This document shows positions 39,391 through 52,825 of a stretch of 64,000 bases of DNA, in pieces; within the stretch, counting starts at the first letter, position 1, and each line of letters starts with the position of its first letter. Location of the stretch: assembly GCA_951406725.2 (NCBI GenBank), contig OX597814.1, positions 208,940,001-209,004,000 on the forward strand. The letters are read 5' to 3'. The stretch comes from Octopus vulgaris. Lineage: Eukaryota. A program made the position numbers and the translations under genes. Under the pieces are notes generated by a model. That model saw only the letters and a list, made by a program, of their open reading frames with translations, made no database searches and had not been told where the DNA came from.

Positions 39391-39801
39391 TCACTAAAAT
39401 TCAATTTATATCATTTGGCTGATCGCTGGTTCACTGCATTTCTGATATCAAAAATGATAAGGGAGTCTTTGCACAACTTGGGTGGAATACATACCACAGG
39501 GTAGTTTTGTTCAAAAAAGCTCTCGTTTATCGGTATTTCTCACCTAAGTGTACAACAATTGCTGATATATATCAGTTAAAGACCCCCCTACACACACACA
39601 TGCATGCACACATGGCCCTGTCCACCCACGCACTCAAATTAGATGGATGCATATGAATCTAGGCAGTGCAATTTCAGTTCATTGAAGTAAGATATTCAAT
39701 CACAGAGAATGCATAATGTCTCCACAGGTAGATTATCAAACGGGGAGAATGGGCATCAAAAAAAAGGTATATTTACCTTCCCCCCAACATTATTATTTTC
39801 G

Positions 39802-39866
<65 letters not shown>

Positions 39867-39877
39867 AATAATATAAT

Positions 39878-40075
39878 TTTATAGTCTCATAACAGCCAAT
39901 TAATGTTACCGAATGGTTTCATGCTAAAACTTCCAGAAGTGGAGAGGTAAAATTAGCAATTATCAGCTATATAGCTAAGTCTGTTGATTGCAAACTTCAT
40001 CTCTCCTTTTCTGGAACAGTTTTGGCATGAAACCATATGGTAACTTTAATCGAAGTGACTGTCATGCAGCTATGA
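39878..40075. repeat. Imperfect ~200-bp inverted repeat (old MITE-like hairpin)
   Basis: GTTACCGAATGGTTTCATGCTAAAAC at 39905 pairs with GTTTTGGCATGAAACCATATGGTAAC ending 40044. Confidence 0.75.
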
Positions 40076-40081
40076 TATATA

Positions 40082-40118
<37 letters not shown>

Positions 40119-40183
40119 TACCCACTTTATTACCATTTTATTATATGAATTTCCTTTATTTTTCTGACTCATGAAATCTTAGC

Positions 40184-40273
<90 letters not shown>

Positions 40274-40279
<6 letters not shown>

Positions 40280-41304
40280 CCATGGCGACTGAAGAAGGGG
40301 AATTTTCCTTGTTTTGTATGTCCTGTACTCTATTTTTGTTGTTTAAGAAAAATGTCCAGTTCCTTGGGTTTGTGTCTATGTTTTCGTTTCTCATTGTGTT
40401 CGACATCTTTTTGGTGTCCTGTACTCATATATGCGTGCATATATACATGTAGAGGTAGGTACGTACATATATGTATATATATATGCATATGTTTTATTTA
40501 TTAATATATTATATGACGGAACACACGCATCCCTTTCTAAGTAAGATTGTTCTTGATAATAAGTTTGATGCGCACTCTTAACCTTTCTGTCCCCTCCGTT
40601 TCTCACCCTTCATTCTTTGATTTCCTTTTCTTCTACTTAACTGTCTCTCCCTCTCTCTCATTCTTCACTCTCTCTCATTCTTCACTCTCTCATTCTTCAC
40701 TCTCTCTCATTCTTCACTCTCTCTCATTCTTCACTCTCTCTCATTCTTCACTCTCTCTCTCCCTCTCTCTCATTCTTCATTCTTTCTGGTTTCCTCACAA
40801 CCATTCCCCTTTCTTCTCTCCCTTTCTCTTACTCCTCCTCCTCCCTCCCGCCGTTAACCCGCGACGAGAGCCTTGCTACCTTCTTTCTCGCCTGACCTTC
40901 TTGAGGTGTGGACGGCAATTTTCTTTGCTCCTTTCGCCGTTCACTGAAATAGCGTTCGTAATCCTTTTTTCGTTCGGCTTAACAGCCCTTCTTGTCTTGT
41001 TATTTTCCTTGTCCTGTCTTTTACTGCTTATATTTTGTACTGTCGTTACTGTCCTGTTTTTGTTACCATTTTTACCCCTCTGCAAAAAGATCTCAAATTT
41101 TATTTGATTTACTTTTCGCAGGAAGGAAAGTTTCTATCGAAGATATGTCTCACCTTCACCTTCGAAACGTAGAGTAGATGAAACCATGGCGATTGAAGAA
41201 GGGGGGTTTCCTCCTTGTGTTAGTTGTCCTATACTCTATTTTTGTTGTTGTTTAAGAAGAATGTCCAGTTCCTTGGGTTTGTGTCTATGTTTTCGTTTCT
41301 CATT
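40274..41304 (+). mobile_element. Non-coding partially tandem element (904-nt period) with HHR-like junction; PLE/retrozyme-like
   Basis: 40274-40395 repeated at 41178-41304; HHR-like fold at 41108-41177; preceded by long (TA)n. Confidence 0.6.
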
Positions 41305-41385
41305 CTCTTTCTAGGTGCATTCCATGGTCATTCATGACAAAACGGGGTCATTACCCTCCTTACCCTAATTAGAAAGAATGAGAAC

Positions 41386-41439
<54 letters not shown>

Positions 41440-41584
41440 TTACCTGTGAACTTGCGTAAATACATATTTACCTGTGAACTTGCGTGTGTAATCTGGGAAT
41501 GCATACAATGCCCTTCTCTGCCCTAGGTGTACGGAAAACACTCGGCAAGAAACAGAAGAAAATTTGAAGAAAGAAGGAAAAAAC

Positions 41585-41623
<39 letters not shown>

Positions 41624-41768
41624 TTACCTGTGAACTTGCGTAAATACATATTTACCTGTGAATTTGCGTGTGTAATCTGGGAATGCATACAATGAGCTTC
41701 TCTGCCCTAGGTGTACGGAAAACACTCGGCGAGAAACAGAAGAAAATTTGAAGAAAGAAGGAAAAAAC

Positions 41769-41813
<45 letters not shown>

Positions 41814-41968
41814 TTACCTGTGAACTTGCGTAAATACATATTTACCTGTGAATTTGCGTGTGTAATCTGGGAATGCATACAATGAGCTTCTCTGCCCTAG
41901 GTGTACGGAAAACACTCGGCGAGAAACGGAAGAAAATTTGAAGAAAGAAGGGGAAAAAAAAAAAAAAT
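41440..41968 (+). repeat. Three tandem ~147-bp units, the first two followed by (AAT)n
   Basis: Units start at 41440, 41624 and 41814; each has an internal TTACCTGTGAA(C/T)TTGCGT direct repeat. Confidence 0.9.
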
Positions 41969-42286
41969 AATGATGATAAATAAATAAGTATATCAGAATG
42001 GGGTGAGCAGGAATGAGGGTGGTGGTGTATTTGTGGAGGTAGCAGGACTTTGAGAAGACATCAATGAAATGGGTGAATCTTGATGGCAAATCGAAGACAG
42101 GTTGAAGGGAAGAAGTAGAAGAAGAAGGTATGTACGGAAATGAGAAGAAAGCATGGGAAGGTGAATAAAAGGATGGGAAGAAGTGAAGCCGATGAGAGGG
42201 TGAGGTTTGAAAGTAGTCTGGGGCCAACAGAAGCTCTAAAGTTGATGTGTATCTCACCTTGAAAATATAGTGCTCAGGTGCCATAA

Positions 42287-42320
<34 letters not shown>

Positions 42321-42328
42321 AATAATAT

Positions 42329-42558
42329 TTATTTCTTTATTGCCCACAAGGGGCTAAACATAGAGGGGACAAACAAGGACAGATGAACGGATTAAGTCGA
42401 TTACATCGACCCAGTGCGTAACTGGTACTTAATTTATCGACCCCGAAAGGATGAAAGACAAAGTTGACCTCGTCGGAATTTGAACTCAACGTAACGGTAG
42501 ACGAAATACAGCTACGCATTTCGCCCGGTGTGCTAACGTTTCTGCCAGCCCGCTGCCT
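42329..42558 (-). mobile_element. SINE family B
   Basis: Family match; flanking AATAATAATATT duplication. Confidence 0.88.
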
Positions 42559-43929
42559 TAGAATAATAATATTGGTTTCAGATTTTTGCATAAGGTCAGT
42601 AAGTTTGGAGTGGGGGCTAAGTTGATTACAGCAACACTCCCCCCCTTCCCCCACTGCTCAGCCGGTACTTATTTTATGGGCCCTGAAAGGGTGAAAGGCA
42701 AAGTACACTTTGGTAGAATTTGGATATAGAATGTAAAGGTGGATGAAATGCCACTAAGCATTTTGTCCATCATGCTAATGATTCTGCTAGCTTGCCGCCT
42801 TAACAACAACAACAGCAATAATAATAAAAAGAAAAAAAGGAAAAGGAATAAAGCTAATGAGGGAAACAGATTGAGGAAGAAAGTGGAGGGTGGTGTTACA
42901 TGGTGCGTGAGAGAAAAAGTTTTAGTGGAATTAAAATAAAGATAAATATTGTAAAGTAGATTAAAAAAAATTAAAATAAACTTAAATCAAGGATGACAAT
43001 GATTTCATCATCATCACATGTCCCTTTTTCCATGCTGGATAGTTTGTCAAGAACAGATGAGCTAAAGAGCTCTGCTAGGTTCTATGTCTGCTTTGACATG
43101 GTTTCTACAGCAGGACTCCTTTCCTAATGCTAACCGTTTAACGGAGTGTACTGGGTGTTCTTTTACACTGCGCCAGCACTGGTGAGGTCACCAAGTACCC
43201 GCAAGCCCGCAAGATAAGTCCCCTCAGGTGAGCAGGGTATAGACTGGAGAAGGAAACTGTGAGAGAGGGAGAGGAGCTGGTATCTTGCTGAAGAGGTGAA
43301 TACATTGCTTGCCCATCTGGAAAGTGGAAGAGAGAAAGAGAGAGAGAAATAAAGAGATGTAAGTCTAGGTATGACATGAATATGAGACGGAAAAGGAAGT
43401 GTGCTGAGTAAAAATAGTGTGACAAATGATTAAAGATCAGAAGTGAATTGGACACAAAGGATATCAGTTCAATGTAGCAGAAATCATGAAAATAGATTCT
43501 GAGTTGTGCAGGGAAGGCCTGATAGAGCCTGAATTCTGCTGAGATGGATGGACCTTCTCAAGCACAACTTAATACCTTTGTCTTGGTATCCTATCTTTAC
43601 TTGTGTTGATTCACCAGATGTGATAAATAATAATGGGACTCGTATAAATGTAGAGTATTCTTCATACACAATAACTAAAAGGCTCTAATTTCCAGGAACC
43701 AAGCTTGGCTTTTCTTTGAAATACTCTCTTCCTCTCTCTCTCTCTCACACACACACGTCTATATTTGCTCAGTCATTCATTCCTTTTTATGCTAGCCAGT
43801 CCTAACCCCTTTTACATGGATGCTCTAACAATGTTTTGGAATGGTTTGTTCAGTTTGATTTGAGTTGGAAATTCTGGTAACATTCATCACTTCTGTGCAT
43901 AATGCTAATTGTCTGTCTGTCTATATGTA

Positions 43930-43974
<45 letters not shown>

Positions 43975-44005
43975 ATATATATATGTGTGTGTATATATAT
44001 ATATA

Positions 44006-44301
44006 GAGGTGCAATGGCCCAGTGGTTAGGGCAGTGGACTCACGGTCGTAGGATCGCGGTTTCGATTCCCAGACTGGGTGTTGTGTGCGTTTATTGAGCG
44101 AAAACACCTAAAAGCTCGACGACGCTCCGGCAGGGGGTGGTGATCCCTGCTGTACTCTTTCACTACTCCTTCTCTCACTCTTTCGTCTGTTGGGCTTCTC
44201 GCTTAGCCAGCGGCGTGGCGTCATTCGAAGGCTTAAACAATGCGAACGCATTGTGACCAGCGATGTGTAGCAACATCCGATGGTCTGGTTGGTCATGTGA
44301 T

Positions 44302-44310
<9 letters not shown>
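44006..44310 (+). mobile_element. SINE family C, full length
   Basis: tRNA-like head, ends CATGTGATCACGTGATA; in (TA)n. Confidence 0.88.
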
Positions 44311-44359
<49 letters not shown>

Positions 44360-45578
44360 CTTTAAAACAGAAAAAATATTTATATATGTATATATATATA
44401 TAGATAGATAGATAAATAGATAGATAAACATACATACATCTGTCCTGACACAAGCGCACGCACACACTCGTATATTTGCCCATTTGTTCATTCATTTTTT
44501 TATGTCTATTATTTTCATGCTAGCATGGGTTAGACGAATATATTACTGAAGCAATGTTTTACAGTTGGATACCCTCCTTGTCACAAACCCTTATTTTTCA
44601 AGTAATAGGAATCTTTTATTCCATATGTTTCTCAATGCTCAAAGCCACTGTCTATATATATAGTGGCTATCTGTCTATCTGGGTGTGTGTGTCTGTGTGT
44701 AAACAAAACAGGAAAGTTTGTTCTGAAATTATTTATTTAATTATTTATAGCATCCTTACATATGTTCCAGTGAAGATTGTAAGATTGAATTACATAAGTA
44801 CTGCCTAATTCAATTATTATATTTACATCAGAGTTGATTTCAGAAAGCTGACATTTACTGTAATGTTTACTTGGTGATCAATGTAATTATGGCGACCACT
44901 GGCAAGAAAGTCGAAATAGCATACATTCTCTCCATAGCTTCCAATGTGAGAATGTAGGGAAAAAAAAAATTTGAGTTCTAAATAGTGTTTATGTTATGGT
45001 GTGCACATTAATTTACACTGTACAAATATATATATACCTGGCACTTCCACCACCATCTCTCTTCGCCCCCCCCCCCATCTTTTGCACTCTTACCTGCTTG
45101 CTCTCTTCCACTCTTTCATTTTTCATCTCTCTCTCTTTTGCTCTCTCTCTCTCTCCCACTCTGGCTGGTAACCATGTGTCTCCTCTACAGCAAGAAACCT
45201 GTTTTTATCCCTCTGTCACATTCTAACCTGTCATCACTTGGCACAAGGCCACCTCCTTCAGTGCCCCCCCCTCCTTTCAAAGGATCTTATTTGGTGACCC
45301 CCACCAGTGCTGGTGCATCCAGTCCAGTCCACACTATAAAGTGGTTGGTGTATGGAAGGGCATCCAGCTGTAACAGCCATGCCAAAACAAGCCTTGTCAG
45401 TGGTGGTGCCACGTAAAAGGCACTCAATCCACTCTGTAAGTTGGTTGGTGTTGGGAAGGGCATCCAGCTGTAAAAACCATGCCAAAACAGACAGTGAAGT
45501 CTGGTGCTGTTTTCTACCTTGCCAGCCCCTGTGAAACCATCCATCCCATGCCAGCATGGAAAATTGGACATTAAATGA

Positions 45579-45688
<110 letters not shown>

Positions 45689-45719
45689 ATATGTATATAT
45701 ATATATGATATATATATAT

Positions 45720-45870
<151 letters not shown>

Positions 45871-45911
45871 TGAAAGAATGGAGTTGAACGACGATTTAAC
45901 AAAATTCCTTA

Positions 45912-45991
45912 TTCTCGACATGTTTCGAAGACTGCATATTCTTAATTCCGAGGAATAAAGGGTGCATTATGCCACCTTCTCATCAGGAAAG
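45912..45991 (-). ncRNA. Mirror-copy hammerhead motif on the inverted arm
   Basis: Minus strand CTGATGAGAAGG...GTCTTCGAAACATGTCGAGAA; stem III loop shortened to AT. Confidence 0.6.
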
Positions 45992-46115
45992 ACAAGGAAC
46001 TTATGTCAGCATCATGATGAACAAAAACTTTTAGATGACTGCCCACACGGAGTCCATAGTGTGGGCAGTCATCTAAAAGTTTTTGTTCGTCATGATGCTG
46101 ACATAAGTTCCTTGT

Positions 46116-46198
46116 CTTTCCTGATGAGAAGGCAGCATAATGCACCCTTTATTCCCTCGGAATTAAGAATATGCAGTCTTCGAAACATATGTCGAGAA
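46116..46198 (+). ncRNA. Type I hammerhead ribozyme, canonical core
   Basis: CTGATGA (46121-27), stem II GAAGGC/GTCTTC extended by GCATA/TATGC, GAAA (46182-85), stem III C-ATAT-G, GTC triplet (46191-93), short stem I TTTC/GAGA. Confidence 0.75.
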
Positions 46199-46392
46199 TA
46201 TAGGAATTTTGTTAAATCGTCGTTCGACTCCATTCTTTCATTTATTTATAGTAAAATAAACACACAAATTTCCACACAAAAGCACGTGATCTCTGCCCTT
46301 GGCATGTAGCTTCAACCGTGTTTTCTGACGTGAATTTGCTACCCGGGTATCGGTTAACCGAATTATCCATACTAGGATAATTCATTCAACTA

Positions 46393-46422
<30 letters not shown>

Positions 46423-46426
<4 letters not shown>

Positions 46427-47137
46427 TTGTCAGAGGCGCAATGGCCCAGTGGTTGGGGCAGCGGACTCGAGCAAAGACACCTAAAAGCTCCATGAAGCTC
46501 CAGCAGGGGGTGGTGATCCCTGCTGTACTCTTTCAGCACCATTTCTCTCACTCTTTCTTCTGTTGGCCTGCTCGCTTAGCCAGCGGGGTGACATCATTCG
46601 AAGGCTAAAACAATGCGAACGCATTGTGACCAGTGATGTGTAGCAATATCTGATGGTCTGGTCGGTCACGTGATCACATGATATAGGTTGTCATTGACTT
46701 ATGACCACATTTGGTTCCAACTGACTAGTCATAAGTCAATTTGGTTGTAAGTCAGCCTATAGGCCTGCATAGCTTTGTTTTATATTTTTACATTCTTAAG
46801 GTACATTCTCAGGTAAAAGTCACACACAGCATTCTGTATTATACTACAACAATGTTATTTGTTCATAGAAAAGTACCAAAGAATGCAAATGCAAAAAATA
46901 CACAGTGTAGTGTAAGAAACAGTTGCAAAACTTACATAAAAATTTATTGTAGACTGGTGCTTGGCTGTGGATCTTCGATGTCGTTTGTTAGCTGACATCA
47001 TCTGTAGACGAGTTAATTTCTAAGACATTAAACCCATTAGATTTCAACGGGATCATTTATTATTGCTGCCGGAAGCTGGCGTGTCAATTGTAAACATGAT
47101 TAGTTGTAAGTCGGATAGGTCATAAGTTGACGACGAC

Positions 47138-47140
<3 letters not shown>
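46423..47140. mobile_element. Tigger/pogo-like Tc1-mariner MITE interrupted by a SINE C
   Basis: TIRs TAGGTTGTCATTGACTTATGACC and GGTCATAAGTTGACGACGACCTG with TA flanks. Confidence 0.7.
46433..46683 (+). mobile_element. SINE family C with internal deletion
   Basis: TSD TATAGGTTGTCA at 46421 and 46682. Confidence 0.88.
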
Positions 47141-47176
<36 letters not shown>

Positions 47177-47178
<2 letters not shown>

Positions 47179-47312
47179 TTGGCGTTAGGAAGGGCATCCA
47201 GCTGTAGAAACTCTGCCAGATCAGATTGGAGCCTGGTGCAGCCACTGGCTCTCCAGACCTCAATCAAACCGTCCAACCCATGCCAGCATGGAAAACGGGC
47301 GTTAATCGACGA
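47177..47312 (+). mobile_element. RTE 3'-end fragment
   Basis: Family match. Confidence 0.8.
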
Positions 47313-47316
47313 TAGG

Positions 47317-47645
47317 CTCCGAAAGGGGTATCAGGGAGTAGTGTCCCTGCCTTTCTGAGCTAGTTTTCCACCACATTTCTTAAAAGTTGTGGTAGAGGCC
47401 TTGGTATTGGGATCACTCATATCTAGAAACTGAAGTTGATGGTAAGCAATGGTATGCTCCTTGTAGAAAATCCTACTCCAAAAAAGCCCCATGATTGCAA
47501 AGGAGAATGGGCACCAGCCAGCCCAAAGGTTGGGGTGGGCTGCACCTACCTACCTCAGTTGCTATGGCATTGAAGTGGATCCGGTCACCCCCCGTTAATG
47601 GGGACAAAACCTGGATTTAAAACACTGGATGATGATGATGATGAT
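47317..47645 (+). mobile_element. Probable 3' UTR of a different (GAT)n-tailed LINE
   Basis: GC-richer block ending in (GAT)n; single copy, no ORF support. Confidence 0.4.
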
Positions 47646-49264
47646 ATAACTATATGAAAACATGTGGCTTAGTGGTTAGGCTATTGCTATTGCACTCACA
47701 ATAGCTGGATTCTGGGTTCAATTCCCAGACCAGGCAGCATGTTGTGTTCTTGAGCAGAACATTTCATTTCACATTGCTCCAGTTCCTCCTTCAATTAGTG
47801 GGTAATGTTAACCTGCTTGCCTGGTCAGCGGGGTGGCACCATTTGAAGGCTTAAACAATGCAAAAAGCACATTGTGACCAGCGATGTGTAACAACATCTG
47901 ATAGCCTGGCTGGTCACATGATATATACATACACACACACACACAACATCATCATCATCTTTTATCATCTGTCTTCCATGCTGCTATGGGTGGATAGTTT
48001 GATAGAATCCAATGACCTGGAGGACTGTTTTAAAGAACAGTGTCTACTTCGGCATGGTTTCTATGGTTGGATGCTTTTTCTAACACCAAACACTTTACAA
48101 AGTGTACTAGATGCCTTCTCCATGTTACTGGCACTAGTGAGTTCGTCAAGTACTTTGCATAACACAGAAAATGCTCCCTTGACTGAGTGGGAGTGTACTA
48201 GAGAAGGAGGTGGCTTTATACCATGTGTTGAGAGGCTGAAATATGATAGAAGGATAAAGGAATCCCATGCCTGTCTCACACTATATTATATATTATATAT
48301 GTGGTTGGAGCACCTGGAAAGAGAGTTAACAATGTTGGTGACAAAGGTATCAGTCATTTAAGGTACATACAAGAAGGTGAGTATAAGAGAGATTACAGAT
48401 ATGGGATTAGGATAGATGGATGAGAAAATTCCTAAGAATGTGAGAGGTGAGTGACAAACTCATGGTGATGGGGGCGGTAGTGGTGAATATAGTGAGTGTT
48501 GAACAAAAGCAGAGATGTGGTGGGTAATAAATATCAATTTAGTTAGGAAGGTAAAAGAAATAGGAGCAGATTATGAAAAAGGAGGAGGGGGTAAGTGGAA
48601 GTAGAGAAAAGGTGGAGAGCAGCAGTATAATAGAACAATTGATAGATGAAAAATTGGGAGATGATGTGTGGTGTGGGTGTGTGGGTGTATACAACGACAA
48701 AGATAGAGGTCAGAGGTACAGTGGAGTGGATATAGTGTATGGCAGAAAAAAAGGAGGGGTAGGTTCATGGTTGGTATGAGAGGGTGTTGTGATAGCAACT
48801 ATGAGATGATGCTAAAGATGAGATATGACAGTGCAAAGATTTAGTTCAGGGGAAAGGGAGAGACATCTGGTGGCACAGAAAGCCATGAATGATCAATGAA
48901 TAATAAAGTGAGAAGGGATGATTGTGAAAACGAGGAATAGATGTTTAAAAGAAGTGAATCCAGTGAGAAGGGTAGCACAAAAGAAGCTGAAATATGTGCA
49001 GATGTATTCTCATATGAATACAGCAACTGAATAATAGTACTGTAGTTAGGAGAGTGATGGTGGGACGGTTGATAGGAAGATGAGAAGTGGTGAAGGCTTA
49101 CAGGGGAAAGACTGGGTGCAGGAGTGCGGCTTAGTTAGTGTACAGACATAAACCTAATGCTTTTAGGGCCTCACTCTTCCAATGACAAATGGGTCTTCTC
49201 AAGGGAATCACCAGTCAAGTGGAGGGAAAGTAAGAATGTAAAAGATAATGGGATAACGAAGAAT

Positions 49265-49947
49265 ATTCTTTTCCTTTTCATTATTTTTTTCTTCTCACTA
49301 CCTTCCATCTACTCCTTTCACCATTCATTTTTTTTCCCTCTTCTTTTTCTCCGCCCCTCATCTCTCCTAATACCCCTTCTTCATTTCTTTCCTTTTTCCC
49401 CCCTGCTTTGCATTCTTTCTTCCTTCTTTTCATTTTTACTTTCTATCCTTCCTTACCACTCATTTTTTTTTGTTTATTTTTATTCTCTTCACTTTTCTCA
49501 TTCCTTTCTTTCTTGTTTTCTTCTTCTGATGTTTTATTTGTTTATTTATTCTTCTCCCTCTCCCTTTGCGCTCTTCTCTCTTCTCTTCTCTCTTTCTTTT
49601 GTCTCGTTTCTTTCTTTTACACTTTCATTCATTCTTTCTCTCCATAACTACGTTTCACTTTTCACATCCTGTTCACTTTGTTTTTCCTTGTTATCTCCCT
49701 TTCTCTCTCTCTTCCCTTCATTTCTTTCGTTCCTTCCTTCTTTCTTCCATCCTTTCATTCTTCACACACTTTCATTCTTCTCTCTTGTAATCTTCACTCA
49801 TTTCTTTCTCTATCTTCTTGTTTGTCATTCTCTTCTTCCTTCCTTCTTTCTTTTTGCTCTCCTTTAAACTTTCTTTCTTCTTTTCTTTGTTTTTTTCTTT
49901 CATTCATCCCCTCTTTCTGCCTGTTTCTATTTTCCCCACACAATCTT

Positions 49948-50008
<61 letters not shown>

Positions 50009-50025
50009 ACACACACACACATACA

Positions 50026-50064
<39 letters not shown>

Positions 50065-50390
50065 ACACACACATACACACACACACACATACACACACAC
50101 ATACACACACGCACACATACACACACATACACACACACATGCACTAGTTTTATTCTCTCTATCGTGCTCACTATATTTTATTCTGTCTTTGCTCTCCTTC
50201 CTCTCTTCACCACCTTCCTCTCTCTTTCTCTCTTCCTCTTCACTCCCCATCTCTCCACCTCTTCACCACCTCCCTCTCTCTTTCTCTCTTCCTCTTCACT
50301 CCCCATCTCTCCACCTCTTCACCACCTCCCTCTCTCTTTCTCTCTTCCTCTTCATCTCCCCCCATCTCTCCACCTCTTCACCACCTCTTG
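49265..50390. repeat. Polypyrimidine low-complexity tract, (CA)n, and ~52-bp tandem units (50200-50390)
   Basis: Seen directly; CCATCTCTCCACCTCTTCACCACCTC occurs three times. Confidence 0.85.
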
Positions 50391-52259
50391 CAGAGATGCA
50401 TTATCAGATTAAATCTAAAAACTGTGTTGTCATTTATCTATTAACAAAAAAATGTGGGGGAGGGGAAGGAGTGGGGGGGGGAGAGCAAATGAAAGATAAT
50501 AAAAAAAAATATGACAGAAGATAACAAAAAAAGGAAAAGAAAGACAAAAAAAAAGGAACCTTGCATCTTCCATTTCTTCCCCCCCCCCCCCTCCTGTTCC
50601 ACTTCTCCTTTTCCTTCTTGCAGCGCTATGAATTTCAACACATTTCAGCTCTATAGAACTGTGTCCAATGATGATGGTGATGATAATGGCAGCGGGGTGG
50701 GGGGGAGGTCGAGTGATGGTGGTGATAGCAATGGTAGCAATAGTAGTGGTGGTGGTGGTGGTGGTGGTGGTGGTGGTGGTGGTAGTGTTGGTGGTTTGTG
50801 GTTGCGATTGTGGGTGATGTTTGGCTCTGATGATATATGGAAATGTTTTGTGTCTGATGTGTTTATGAAATTAAAAATTTGTTTCTTGACAGTAAGAGAA
50901 AGAGATAGAGTGAGAGAGAGAGAGAGAGAAAGAGAAAGGCAGAGATAAGAGAGTTACTGTGGTGGAGGACATGGAAAGAATGTTAGATATATGTATAGGG
51001 AGACCTTCATAGTAAAGACCACCATATTGCAAACATTCAGAGAAGGGTATCTGTTCCGAATACTGGGTAACTCAGTATCTTGATATCTCAATTAGTTCTC
51101 TCCTACTATAGCTATGTATGAGTCACTTATTTAAGGGGTCCCTGTAAATGTCATAAGTATTGCCCCTCTGATAAAGCCATATATTTTGGATTGGATTGGA
51201 TTGTCCATGTTCAGTCCACCACAGGACAAGGGCCTCAGCATATTTTCTCTATCAACCAAGGTGTGAAGGTATAAGCCATGAATTTGAGCTTGAGATCACA
51301 CTGGTCTGATGAGCCTACTTTGCCACACTGATTGACATTGCTTGGCAGGAAGGTGCAGTTTTTATACTCATAAGCTAGGAATAGTTGAGTCAGTTACATT
51401 GACCCTAATGCTCAACTGGTACTTATTCTGTTGACCCTGAAAAGATGAAAGTAAAGTTGGCGTTGGCAGGATTTGAACTCAGAATGTTAAGGTTGATGAA
51501 ATATCACTAAGCATTTCGCCTGTCATGCTAACTATTCTGCTGGCTTGTCATACATAAATAACTAAAAAACAAGATGGTTTTGAAGTTGTATTGTTTGACC
51601 CTTGGCCAGCAGTGCTGTGAAAACAAAAAATCCAACCATGATGAACTGTCTTTTTAGGGTTCACATTTTTTAATGTTTTGAGTGAGATGTGGTTTACTAT
51701 GTAGAGGCAGCTCCATGATCGAAGAACTTTAAGATACTAGATTTTTAAGGTTAGTTTAAGCCATCTGATACTTTTTGGCTGTGTTTCTCAGTGAGACACA
51801 AAATCCAAGACCTGACTTGCTTTGAGATTACTTGCTCAGGTAAATAAAATTCTACTGAGTTGTGGCAATGAAGATGATGGTGTGTCGAGATATAACTTGT
51901 CTAATTGGATCTGTTTGAAATGGATATATCAGCTTATGTTAATAAAATTTACTGAGAGCAAAAATCAGGTATTTTGGACTGAGACTTTCTTCAAATGTAC
52001 TTTAATTTATGAATTTTAAGATCTTGCTTTTCTTCATCTACAAACCCAAGTGACCCTTAGTTTTGTTTTCCATGTAAATTTAAGTTTTTTTTTTGTAAGA
52101 AAGTTACACTGTGTCTAGGTGTGTTGTAAGATGTGACTAAAAGATATGACCATTGGAAGTGCATCTGGCTGTAAAATATCGTATTAAAAAAAGGTAACTA
52201 TAATAAAATCTTGGGGTTTACAAAAGGAATCCCTGTTTCAGCAGACAAAATGGCCTTAA

Positions 52260-52638
52260 CCCTTTTGATACCAACCTGGCTGAAACCACCTCTAGCTTTG
52301 TAGTACAAATGTCTTGTTTTCATAAGTTTTGAATTAAAACCTCCCACCAAACCTTAGCCACAATTTATGTTCCTAACATTAGCTTAATGATAACTAAGTT
52401 ATTTTACTAAATTCTTTCATCATCATCATCGTTTAACGTCCGTTTTCCGTGCTAGCACGGGTTGGACGGTTCGACCGGGGTCTGGGAAGCCAGGGGCTGC
52501 ACCAGGCTCCAGTCTGATCTGGCAGTGTTTCTACAGCTGGATGCCCTTCCTAACGCCAACCACTCCGCCAGTGTAGTGGGTGCTTTTTGAATTGAAAGAA
52601 ACACAGAGCATCTCAAAATAAATGTGGTAACGAAAGGG
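52260..52638 (+). mobile_element. piggyBac-like MITE interrupted by an RTE 3' fragment (52418-52588, minus)
   Basis: TTAA|CCCTTTTGATACCA ... TGGTAACGAAAGGG|TTAA. Confidence 0.8.
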
Positions 52639-52825
52639 TTAAAATGTCTGTAAGAAAGCTAAAGGGCACTGTTTGATGATGATTTAAGGAAGGTGAATGA
52701 CAGAGAATTAAGGGCTGAGAGGAGCAGTGGGTGGAGGAATTTTAGAAATACAAAAAAATATAGACTGGATGCTGGTTGTTTATATTCAAATCTTACTACT
52801 ATAAACAAGGATATATATATATGTA

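Noticed and set aside
45942-46309. Two nearly identical ORFs on opposite strands
   Set aside because: Consequence of the palindrome, not coding signal
49157-49867. 236-aa hydrophobic 'membrane protein' ORF
   Set aside because: F/L/S-rich translation of a polypyrimidine tract
51306-51350. CTGATGAG as a hammerhead core
   Set aside because: No stem II/GAAA/cleavage triplet arrangement
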